49,095 nt of DNA. Origin: Bigelowiella natans CCMP2755 (taxonomy: Eukaryota; Protista; Cercozoa). The notes beneath the pieces are model-generated. The model was not told the origin of the DNA. It saw only the letters and a program-made list of their open reading frames with translations, and ran no database searches. The position numbers were made by a program, and so were the translations under genes. Location of the stretch: NCBI GenBank assembly GCA_000320545.1, contig ADNK01001932.1:1-49095 (forward strand). The letters are read 5' to 3'. Below, one piece after another: positions 10,581 through 21,266 of the stretch (its first letter is position 1; each line of letters begins with the position of its first letter).

Positions 10581-12108
10581 GTGCATGCGTTGTTGCATGC
10601 AGCCACATGCCGCTCAATGTGAGGGCTTGCTTGTTGCGTCAATCGCACACATTGCTCTGGCTAGCTAGCTAGCTAGCGTTCGCAGCCTTCCTCGCGAGCG
10701 ATTCTGATGTGCACGCAATCGATGAACGCAACTGTGCAACAATCTAGCAATGGCAAGCTCTAGAGCTAGCAGGCGTCATCAATGCAGTCATCTAGTCACA
10801 TCTAGGTGTGCACAATGAATGCACAGGCTAGCTAGCGCAGGCTAGCAGGCAGTCTAGCTAGCTCTAGAGCTAGCGGTCGACTGCTCTAGCTAGCTAGTGC
10901 TGCACCAGTGCATGCCACACAGCACTACTGACTGCAGAGCACTGTGGAGCATCCAGTCCACAGGCATGGCCATGCCCAGCATGCCACTGCTTGCACCAGT
11001 GCAAGCACAATCACAAGTGTCCTAGTGTCGTGTGCTCGATCGGTGCGAGTCAAGAAATCGGCACTTGCTAGAGCTAGACAGCATGACTTGCATGATCTAG
11101 TGATGATTCAATGATGGCAGACAAAGCCAATGTGATGTGTGCGCGTGCATTGTGCACGTGACACATTGCATGTCCATCATGATGAGACCTGCTGGCCTAG
11201 CTAGCTAGTGTGCTAGCTCTGGAGCTAGATCCATGCTGACATGCGATCTGGTGATGCCAAATGCAGGCTGTCAGGCTCCACTTTCACTCCATCGTGCGAT
11301 CTAGCTGGTGGTGCCAGCCAGCCAGGCTGCACGGTGTCGTGACTCGGAAATCTGGAGACATCTCTGGATCTCTAGATCCAGACATTTCTAGATTTGGACA
11401 ATGAACAAAGCCTCAAAATGATCCACAAACGTGCGTGTCACACAATGTGCGTGCACACATCGTCTAGATCGTGTGCATCACACTCAGCACTGCTGGACTG
11501 GCTAGCTCCAGAGCTGGCCTGCTGGCCTGGCCAACGTGCAGGTCTGGCACACCAGCATGCTAGCATGGCCTAGTGGCTAGACCGGTGGACAGGTGGACAC
11601 GTGTGTCCACTGGTCCATGCACGGCCTAGCTAGCCAGAGTGCTGAGTGACAGTCGTGTGCTCGATCCGCCACTGCTGGACCATCCACAGCTAGGCAGCTG
11701 GGCCATGGTGGGCCAGTCCACAAGCGATCGACGGGCTAACGGGCACCACATTTGCAATGATTGATGCCACTGCTGTCGATCACGCAGCTGGTCAAAACCC
11801 AGTCACACAATTTTGGTGCTCGTGCAGTCATGCTCGTCTCACACAGCTCGCACGCGCGGTCGCCACTACGCCGAAACTCGCAATGTCAAGAACCAGAGAA
11901 TTGGAGAGCTTTCGTGCTCGCTGGCTCGTGTGGTGAAAGTAGCAAGACGTAGTCATGTTCGAAAGTCGTTCTCGAATGAATGAAGTGTTTCCAATCCTGC
12001 AATCCCAATGGAGCGGTTGAAAGGATCATTCTGGCAATGGGCTGTGCTTCTTGCAAGCCCATTGTTTGTTCATCATGGCCTAATTTTGCCTAAAAATGGA
12101 CATGCAAC
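10581..12108. repeat. Degenerate intergenic repeat domain, TpA-depleted and rich in CTAG/CATG/TGCA
   Basis: Recurrent ctctagagctag (10758, 10862; also 7393) and gtcgtgtgctcgatc (11027, 11652). Segment ~10690-10753 is homologous to ~14428-14483. Confidence 0.7.
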
Positions 12109-12261
12109 ATAATTTGTTGTCTTTGAAGAAGGAATCTCTTGCAACAATCGGTTTTCCAAAGAAAGACTGGGCAAAAAGATCCCCGCACTACTACTAGATC
12201 TATGATGGATCTAATTTGTTATTTATTTATTTGTTTTTAGATCTAGATCTATTATTTCCAG

Positions 12262-12407
12262 CTTACTACTCGGCTGCCCTTCCTCCTCTCCGAGTAGTAG
12301 TAGTAGTAGGATACCTACCTGTAAATCGTAGTAGTAGTAGCACTACTTACTCGGCTGCCCTTCCTCCTCTCCGAGTAGTAGTAAGAAGTAGTAGTAGGAT
12401 ACCTACC
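12262..12407 (+). repeat. Two direct copies of a hairpin-forming unit directly upstream of the YnbB-like start codon
   Basis: tactcggctgcccttcctcctctccgagtagtagta...gtagtaggatacctacct occurs twice; tactcgg/ccgagta forms a stem. Confidence 0.85.
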
Positions 12408-12411
12408 TCCA

Positions 12412-14058
12412 ATGGCGACGACTTCTTTCGAGCGGTGGAGGAAATGCAAATTGTGTAGCGTCCTGCTAGCAGCCATTTTAGGAACAACTTTTATCCACTT
12501 GAGAGCAAATGTATCAATAAGATTACTGGATGCTGCCTCATTCGCTTCAGCGCCAAGGACCAGAGCTGCTTTCTCAACTAGACCTGTCCTTTCTGCTCGG
12601 CATCATCTAAAACGAAGTGGCAAAAATACCGCTTCCCCTACAGCTATTGGTAAAAATCATAGGGGTGTTAGAATAGGGGCAGCAGAGCTAAGTCGAGCAG
12701 TAGACATCATTAGGGCCTCTGAGGAACAACTTACTCCCCTGTTCCAAAAAATTGACTCCAGGACGAAGTTCTCTTTGAAGAAGGTAATTAATGCATTCCG
12801 CAAATATCGAGTAAATCCAGGGCTCTTCGCTGGAGGAGTTGATGGATATGGGCATGGGGATTTAGGAAGAGAGACGCTGGATAAAATTTACGCAGAGATT
12901 TTCGGGGCGGAGTCGGCCCTTGTACGCGTTCAGTTGTTTAGCGGGACACATGCCATTGCATGCGCTCTGTACGGTGTACTGCGACCGGGAGATAAGATGC
13001 TGGCAATCAGTGGTCCACCATACGATACATTAGAAGAGGTTATTGGGTTGCGGGAGGCTGCTAGTGAGGAAGCAGACGATGTTGTTTTTGTCGACAAGAA
13101 TAGCAATGGAGATCATCCCAATGAGGAAAGAGAGAATAATTGGTCACGAGGACTTACAGGAACTATGACAGAATTGGATATAGGCTATGATGTAGTAGAA
13201 TTAACGAAAGACGGCTTGTTTGACTTAGATGCCATTAATACTGTTCTTAAAGCCGACGAGGACGAACGAAAGATTCGCGTCCTCCATATCCAGCGCTCTT
13301 GTGGCTATTCAACACGCAAGTCTATTCCCATTAAAGAAATTGAGCGGTTGATGACCTTCATTAAAAAATATTACGGACATAGACATGGTAAGGATCTTAT
13401 GGTATTTGCTGATAACTGCTATGGCGAATTTGTGGAGGAATTAGAACCCACACATGTCGGCGTCGACTTGATAGCAGGGTCTCTGATTAAAAACCCCGGG
13501 GGTGGGCTTGCTCCATCAGGCGGCTACATCGCAGGAAAGCGCCCCTTTGTAAAGGCTGCCATGAACCGTTTATCCTCCCCTGGGGTAAGCGGTGGTGCGG
13601 CACTCGGGCAAAAACTCAGGATGTTCCAGGGATTGTTCATGGCCCCTACTATTGTAGGCGAGAGTCTCAAGGGGGCACATTTGATTGCAGAGGTTTTAGG
13701 GAATCAGCTTGGGCTTGAATGTAGTCCCAAGTCATACTCCGAGACGAATGAAGATAGGACAGATATTATCCAAAGTGTAGTTTTAGGCACTGAGGAACGC
13801 GTGCTAAGTTTCTGCCGCGCAGTACAGCATATGAGCCCAGTGGACGCTCACGTCAAACCAGTTCCAGGAGTCACCCCTGGATATGGAGACCCTGTTGTCT
13901 TTGCAGATGGGACTTTTGTGTTTGGCAGCACCATTGAGCTGAGCGCAGACGGCCCACTTAGGGAACCTTACAGCGTTTATGCACAAGGATGTGTCCATTG
14001 GACACACTGGGCTCTTGTTCTGGAGCAAGCTCTGATAGATATGAAGCTAGCATCGTAA
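12412..14058 (+). CDS. Intronless PLP-dependent methionine gamma-lyase-family / aluminium-resistance (YnbB-like) protein with a bipartite-type N-terminal presequence
   Basis: 548-aa ORF with GYGHGDLGRETLDKIYAEIFGAESALVR, SGTHAI, GPPYDTLEEVIG, IQRSCGYS, DNCYGEFVE, GSLIKNPGGG (PLP lysine) and GTFVFGSTIELSADGPLREPY. N-terminus is a hydrophobic stretch followed by an Ala/Ser/Arg-rich region. Confidence 0.93.
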   Translation: MATTSFERWRKCKLCSVLLAAILGTTFIHLRANVSIRLLDAASFASAPRTRAAFSTRPVLSARHHLKRSGKNTASPTAIGKNHRGVRIGAAELSRAVDIIRASEEQLTPLFQKIDSRTKFSLKKVINAFRKYRVNPGLFAGGVDGYGHGDLGRETLDKIYAEIFGAESALVRVQLFSGTHAIACALYGVLRPGDKMLAISGPPYDTLEEVIGLREAASEEADDVVFVDKNSNGDHPNEERENNWSRGLTGTMTELDIGYDVVELTKDGLFDLDAINTVLKADEDERKIRVLHIQRSCGYSTRKSIPIKEIERLMTFIKKYYGHRHGKDLMVFADNCYGEFVEELEPTHVGVDLIAGSLIKNPGGGLAPSGGYIAGKRPFVKAAMNRLSSPGVSGGAALGQKLRMFQGLFMAPTIVGESLKGAHLIAEVLGNQLGLECSPKSYSETNEDRTDIIQSVVLGTEERVLSFCRAVQHMSPVDAHVKPVPGVTPGYGDPVVFADGTFVFGSTIELSADGPLREPYSVYAQGCVHWTHWALVLEQALIDMKLAS

Positions 14059-14681
14059 CGGCAAAAAGCATAAGGATAAATGGGACACTCAGCGAATTGA
14101 TGACGTACACTTTTGCACATCTGTGCTGTAAGAATCATTGATGAACTTAACCCAGTCAAGATAGTCACTCAGCGCCACACAGCCAAACTATACAACAGCG
14201 ACGTCAGTCATGCGTACAGTTTCGCGCGGCTTGCGTGTAGTTTTTTTTGCATTTTCTATAATTTTGCCGAATTGCGACAAGGTGCGCAATACAGTGAGCA
14301 GACACACATGCACATGCAGGGCCCTTCATGCATAGCACATTGCAACATGCTATACTAGCCGTATGGCTAGGTGACTCTACTAGAAAACGCGTGCACGCTC
14401 TTTGCTGACGAAAGATGCACGCACAGCCGCGATGGTGATGTGCTGCATAACAATCTACGTACTGTCGCACAATCTAGCAATGGACATGCGCATCTGCAAT
14501 AACACACATGCAATGTACATCACAATGACACACACATGCATGTCATGCTGCTAGCTAGCTAGCTAGCTAGCATGCCATGCACGTACGTCTGCAGTTCATG
14601 ACAAACTGAGCTTCAATTCTAAAATGTTGAGGAGATGACGCCAAATTTGTGCACCGCTGCGCACAAATGATGTGCGGAGAT

Positions 14682-15290
14682 CTCCATTACTCCGTTAAAA
14701 CCGGTGACGACGACGGGGTTTTAAATGATGCAAGGCTTCGCCTTGCGCTGTGAAAGATTCAGTAGCAGCAGTGGGTAACAGCAACTCGCGGGAACTGCTA
14801 AAACCAAAGTTGTCGCGCTGTTCCTGCCTCATGACTAGATCATGCCGCTCACTTGTCGGAACCTCCGGTCATGCGACCGATGAGGCGGGCGGCAATGAGA
14901 CCAATGACCTTAGCTAGTTAGCACCAGGCTAGCAGGAGGAGCAAACCGTTTGGAAGTGATGCTTCACGACACCATGCAATGTGCTACGCTAGTACGGGTG
15001 GCGCTCATGTGATGTGAAAAAATGCAGGATGAATGTCATTGCATTTGCTCGCCATTGCTTCAATGATAGACATGCAACACACTATATGTTGTGTGTTGCT
15101 GTGTCTATTATTTCAGGATCACAACGCATTTTTCATTTTCGATCGTGCATCGCACGTCGCCGACGTGTGGATTGTGCGCAAGCACATGCGTCAAAGCATC
15201 ATTCAAAATGTGGCAGCGAACAAACACAATTGCAAACGCGCAGCGGTCAGCAACGTACCTGAACACAATGACCGGTGCAAATTTTGCAGC
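14682..15290. repeat. Rearranged pieces of the 5855-6812 repeat family flanking an RPL8 fragment
   Basis: tccgttaaaaccggtgacgacgacggggtt matches the reverse complement of ~6780-6806; cattcaaaatgtggcagcgaacaaac (15200) matches 6551. Confidence 0.75.
14754..14985 (-). pseudogene. RPL8: Degenerate duplicate of the RPL8 3' coding end and 3' UTR (source 16249-16437)
   Basis: Shared blocks cgcgggaactgctaaaaccaaa, acttgtcggaacctccggt, gcgggcggcaatgagaccaa and cgtttggaagtg, interrupted by short insertions (232 bp versus 189 bp). Confidence 0.92.
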
Positions 15291-16327
15291 TTCATTGTTG
15301 TTTCTAGCTCATTATAGACATGTAATACCATGTATATACTATATATGCTATTACTGTGTCTATTATAAATGCATAGACATGCAATGTCATATGTGTACTA
15401 TGTGTGCTATTACTGCGTCTATCTAGCTATCATGCTCTAGCTGTGGTGCATGTGCCCTAGTACCAATGACATGTCACGACACATGGACACTGCTTTGTGT
15501 ACACTTTGTCGTGCTACACGACGCACATGCGGTTGGAGGCGCACATGTGAAGCGGTCGGTGCACACATCTGATATGCGCATGCACATGTCACAGACAACG
15601 TACACACGCATCTAGGCATAGCTAGATGGGCGACTCCACAAGTCCGGCACATATGTGCATGCACTGTGCGCTGTGCGTGCAAGCTAGCTAGCAAACGTAA
15701 CTATGCGCACACACTGCAGATGCTACGCACTACCATGTAGCTCTAGCACCCGCCTGCTATGATGCTACACATAGCTCTGCTCTAGCTCTACTAGCACTGC
15801 TGGTGATGATGTGCCTCGATGATCATGCAAAGTCTTAAGCTTGTCAGCTCGCATCGTATCAATAGCTAGATATATTGCCAAGTCATATGACCTTATGTAT
15901 AGCCTCAATAATGAAATGACTACTTGCGACGTATACAAGCCTGCCCAAATAACACGTTTAGTTTGCGATGGGATTCGGTGCTCCAGCGTGCTTGCAGACG
16001 CACGTACAGCGGCATCTGAACATCTGAACTCGACGCTCAGCTAATTGCAGATGCGTGGCCTAACCCTACTAGCCTATTGCATCTACTAATGCAGCAACTC
16101 TAGTGCTGCCGTGCTATAATTCTAATGCTTTTGCGCGTAGTTACGTGAGAAACAATGGCATAATTATCAAGTAGCACGACAGTGAAGTCGGATTATCATA
16201 AATAACATTATTGCATATGACTGAGATACGACAACCTCTATTTCCAACAAGATCCAGCAGCAGCTGTAGCAGTAACACGCGGGAACTGCTAAAACCAAAA
16301 TTGTCGCCCTGTTCCTCATCATGTCGC

Positions 16328-16883
16328 TTACTTGTCGGAACCTCCGGTGATACGACCCGTGCGGCGGGCGGCAATGAGACCAACCTTAGCACCAGGAGGA
16401 GCATCGCGTTTGGAAGTGGATGCTTTACCAATGTGCTGGTGGTTACCACCACCGTGAGGGTGCTCGACGGGGTTCATCGCCACACCTCTCACCTTAGGCC
16501 AACAGTTTCTCTTTGCTTTGTATTTATGGTGCGCGCGGCCTGCTTTGAGCATAGGCTTATCGAGACGTCCACCGCCACCGACAATGCCTACCATAGCACG
16601 GCAACTGCTCTTGCAGATTTTCTTGGCTCCGGAGGGAAGGCGAATGCGCGTCGTTCCCTCATCAAGGTTGTGTGCTACGATCGAAGCGTAGTTTCCGGAT
16701 GCTCTAGCCAATTTACCACGGTCGCCCTGCTTCTCTTCAACGTTGCAGATGATGGTACCCTCAGGCATAGCCGAAAGAGGAAGAACGTTTCCGATCTATA
16801 CAAAAAAACACCAGATTATGAATAAGAGAAATGTTTTCATACGTGCAAATTCCTGATGAAAGGAAATTCAAATTGTAGGTAGA

Positions 16884-16947
<64 letters not shown>

Positions 16948-17711
16948 AGATAAATTGAGCAGTGAGATGGAAAAGAGGCTTTGTATTCAGTCTCATCTCA
17001 ATCTATTGCCTCCACTTAGTTGAGTAAGTAGCAGCCCAACTTTGGTTTGTTTTTTCATGACTGCATGGATATTATGTCCATACCCTCACCCTTAATTCAA
17101 AACCAATTTACCTTAAGTTGTGCCTTAGCACCTGCGAAGATGAATTGACCTGTGTAGACCCCCTCGGCAGCAATGAAGTTCATTTTGTCGAGCTTGTATT
17201 TGTACGGGTTGCGGAAGACCACGCGAGCGATGGGAGCTCCTCTACCAGGGTCATGAATGATTTCACGGACAACACCCTTAATGTATCTGTAAAATATGAA
17301 GGAAAATTAGAAGCAATTTGTCATCAAGAACAAGTGTATGTGCAACTAATATGCATTTGCCGTTAGACTAGACGCATTATGAATCCTCTACATACCCATG
17401 ACGCTCTGCGAAGTCAAGAGCACGGTGCTGTACAGCTCCTTTACGGTGCTTCGAGTGGGACTTGAAGACGGACCCACGACCCTTACGCTGACCGCGAATT
17501 TGCTTACCCTGGAGACACACCAAAACAATGAGTGCTACAACTTTTCAACTTGCTGCTGTATACATGCTTGTAATCCAACCCCGGCTTATCTACTCATATC
17601 CATCTTTGTTTCTTGTCTTCATAACTATTCAAGGGCACCTCCTATGATCTGTATCATTCCCCCATACCCCCCTTAGCCCCTGATCGTGCGCATCTATAAA
17701 CTCCATACCAT
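16328..17711 (-). CDS. RPL8: 60S ribosomal protein L8 (uL2), 4 exons
   Basis: Exons 17711-17709 (ATG), 17508-17396, ~17286-17113, ~16795-16328 give [19 protein letters not shown]...[10 protein letters not shown]...[29 protein letters not shown]...[12 protein letters not shown]. Confidence 0.98.
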
Positions 17712-18151
17712 GACGGCGGTTCTGGTAATTAGGCTCAGCAAGATTGATGATAGCAATTTAGTTTCATAATAATTGCATGAACCGCATCATATGATATTAT
17801 AAAGACAACCATATTTATTGTCGCATATAATAAAATAGGGATACAATAGGCTTCTTTGCAGGAATTTAGCCCTTGAAAGATTGCGCTGCGTACAGTTTCG
17901 CCGATTTAATTCGCCGATAGCCGGTGCACTCCAAGAATATACTAAGAAATCAGGACATAATTTGATATTTAAAAATTAGGAATGCTTTCTCATTTTTTAT
18001 GGTAATTGTTTATGTTGCGACAATAAAAAATTGGCGTCTTTTAGAGGATTTCAAGATAACCCTAACCTTTGAGAAAGAAGTCATGTTTTTAAACCATATA
18101 AATCTAATAATATAAGTGATCTAACATCGTCGAAGTTGGTACAAGAAAAAC

Positions 18152-18224
18152 GGTGAATTGGCTCAGTTGGTAGAGCGTGGGTCTCATAATCCCAAGGCCC
18201 CGGGTTCGATCCCCGGATTCGCCA
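18152..18224 (+). tRNA. tRNA-Met (CAT), elongator type
   Basis: Acceptor stem GGTGAAT/ATTCGCC plus discriminator A; D arm TGGCTCAGTTGGTAGAGC; anticodon loop CTCATAA with a U31-U39 pair; T loop GGTTCGATCC; T5 Pol III terminator at 18229-18233. Confidence 0.96.
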
Positions 18225-18363
18225 TAGCTTTTTGGCTTGTATTTGTTAATTGCTTATCCCGCTCATTAAGTTTGTGCCGTTGTGATCTGTGCATGTCGTG
18301 ATACTCTTTTGTAGGCCATTACTCATATATTGTTTTTTTGCTGAAACTGTCTCGCCGAGATCT

Positions 18364-19509
18364 ATGTCTCAGCGTCTCTCCAGCCGCCCCCTTGAGACGT
18401 AATCTACCTGGGGTCTAGGAGGAGGAAGTAAACTTCTGGTGATCTACCAGGGAGTTTTTACTGCGCGAATGCTTCACGTAAGTTTTGATGACACGCTGAA
18501 ATTTTCTCTGTTACTTGATATGTATATGTTCCACATCATCATCTCTCTCTAAAACTATCATATGTTACCCCATCAGGAAATCGTCGTTGCGGCAATCTCC
18601 CTTGGATGCTTTTGGAACTCCTATGGTCTTGCAACACCACCACATAAACTGTAGTAGAGAGATTTTGCAGAAAATATTTTATATAAGATCCTAATTTCTC
18701 ATTATTATGATAGGTATTTATGTCATGCACCTGCAAACTCACCTTTTCAACACACATCTTCATCATTTCCCATAATCATCTGAGTCCATAAAAAATAGTG
18801 AGCCATCACCTTCATCACCAAACTGTAGGTGGGCAGCTTGTGTTCGACGATACGCTTGCAGTGAGCGGAAACCCTGATACCAATCCGTATAGTATTAATA
18901 AGCCCTGGCACGGCGTGGTACTACGACGACCACGACGGCTATATTTACTACTACTACTACTATTACTACTCCGCAGATACACTATGCATGTAGATGGTAA
19001 TTATAACACATAGAACTAATTGCCAATTCTTGTCAGTTTTACAACGATTTTTGGGGCGCGCCGATTACGTCAGCATCGAGCCACAAGGTTATTCCCCCAT
19101 TGAACGACAATTTATGTTCTATGACTGGTGTGCCATCATCATTCATTTATTAGTGTGATAGATAGATAGTAGGCTTATGATTATGGGACTGTTAGCTATT
19201 AAGATACTACTACATCATATATTCATCCTTCTTTGCCTCCCTCCCCTCGAATTTAGAGCTACAGACCCCTATGTGTGCTATGCTTTCGGTTGTCTCGAAT
19301 CATCAATGAAGATCTTCTTGGCAGGTTAGTTTTCATCTTTACAAATAGATAATCTTGCTGTTCTTCTTTCTATTTTCAACTAGATAATCTTTCTATTCTT
19401 CTTTTCGCATCGGATAATAGACACTCCCCGTTAATCAATTCCTGTTTGCCACATAGCTCCTTAATCGCCCCCCACCCCCCCCCCACCCCTCCCGTTCTCT
19501 CTCTCTACC

Positions 19510-19549
<40 letters not shown>

Positions 19550-19721
19550 GCACGAAAAAAGAGATTCGTTGGATCCTCGCATATTTCATGCTGGAAATAT
19601 AATACTTCACACAATAAATAGGTAAGTGGTAGTTTTCTTTTAGGAGCTCTTGCATGTACTGATATCACATACTGTTTGCAAATGACATAGGATTTATTGA
19701 ATCCTCCTTTTAAACTCTCAT

Positions 19722-19760
<39 letters not shown>

Positions 19761-20237
19761 TTTTGTGTTTGTAGCCTCCTTGTTTATGCACTATATCGCT
19801 CAATTTTAAGCGCCTTCAAAGACCAGTTAAACGGTAGCAAGGTGACAAAGAATACTCAACATCGGTCAGAAATTACATTGGATCCTAAGTTAACGTTCGC
19901 ACACTCACACAAATATATAATGCTCCCAAGTTTTCTATGCTGCTCTGCCATAAAGTTTTATTTCTTTTTTAAACGATTCCAAATAATTAACTTGATCAGG
20001 GTTTCCGTAATGTTACTGTGTCATCATAGTGATTGATATGATCACCGCTACTTCATGACTGCTACTACGCCTTCTAATGCTACTACTACTACTACTACTT
20101 CTCTACTACTACTCAGCAACACAAGTATAGCTTTTCTTGCCAGTACTCTCTTTTCGGTATTCCTACCTCCTCATTTTCAGCAAGAATCAACAGTTATATT
20201 ATCACATAGAATCGACTATTTACTATTATTCCCATGA

Positions 20238-20272
<35 letters not shown>

Positions 20273-21225
20273 ATAAAATATCCCATTTGATAAATCAGAG
20301 AAGAAGTACTATGTCACAAAAATCGCTGTATTAGACCTACGCTAGAGTCCGACCCCCCCCCCCCCTTCCTACTCATCATAATGAAATCTTTAAAAGGCAC
20401 ATCCTATCCACTGCGAATCTGTTGCATCAGTCGTCGGTATATTCATCATCATCACCATCTTCATCATCATCATACACGATCACTCACAGAAACAAAGTAG
20501 TAGTCGACTTTTAATCCTTCCCTTCCATGATTCAGCTCTCTCGATTATCTATGTACCAAATCTATAAGATGAAGTATATCGTATTATTCTATCTTTGTTC
20601 TCTACAGGTTTAGCAGATCTGATGTGCTCAATTTGCGGTCTCATTGCGATACAGATTTGGATACGGTCCTCACTGCACTATCTTAAAGGTTGATTGGTTG
20701 AATATAGTAGCATGGATACCATCATCTAATATATGCTTGGCAAACACTTATTACCATACGATACTGTAACAACAGCGTGTGCTTTGTGATGATGATCACC
20801 CCATGTATAAACGACAATGATATACAATTTATGTTATACTTATTTATATGCTTCGACAATTTCGCTGAAATTATGAGTTGTACATCATCATCATCATCAT
20901 CATCATCATCATGGGGACAAATGCTTGTTGCTCATCGATAAATAGCTGTTCGAAATTCACCGAATACTACATTCTCTTACTCGGAGGCGGCGTGGTACTT
21001 AGCGCAGACTCTAATTGCTATTACTATTGTCCTCATCGGAACACTATTCAAGGAGGTGCGTATTAGCAGCAGCAGTAACACCAGCAGCAATATGAGAATT
21101 GCTTTTAAATTCTTATCTGCGTTGTTGGTATCTCTATGTCGAGAATGAAAAAGAAGATGACTATTGTGGTGGTGGTGAGGACGATGACGAGGAGGATAGG
21201 AAATATATTTGTGCTTGTATCTGTG

Positions 21226-21266
<41 letters not shown>

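Noticed and set aside
5769-12108. Classical RIP or 5mC CpG deamination as the cause of the CA/TG excess in the two depleted zones
   Set aside because: CpG is plentiful (gcgcgc, cacgcg) and TpA is lost rather than gained; the RPL8 copy indicates TA is ancestral.
12262-12407. CRISPR-like hairpin repeats
   Set aside because: Only two copies, SSR-like spacers, eukaryotic context and no cas genes.
16141-16825. ORFs 16211-16825 (+) and 16141-16452 (-)
   Set aside because: Antisense and alternate-frame shadows of RPL8.
16980-17075. Possible intronic C/D snoRNA in RPL8 intron 3
   Set aside because: A CTGA is present, but there is no canonical RUGAUGA C box and no rRNA guide I could recognise.
18056-18070. 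Telomere-like taaccctaacc
   Set aside because: Under two units and internal; not distinguishable from chance.
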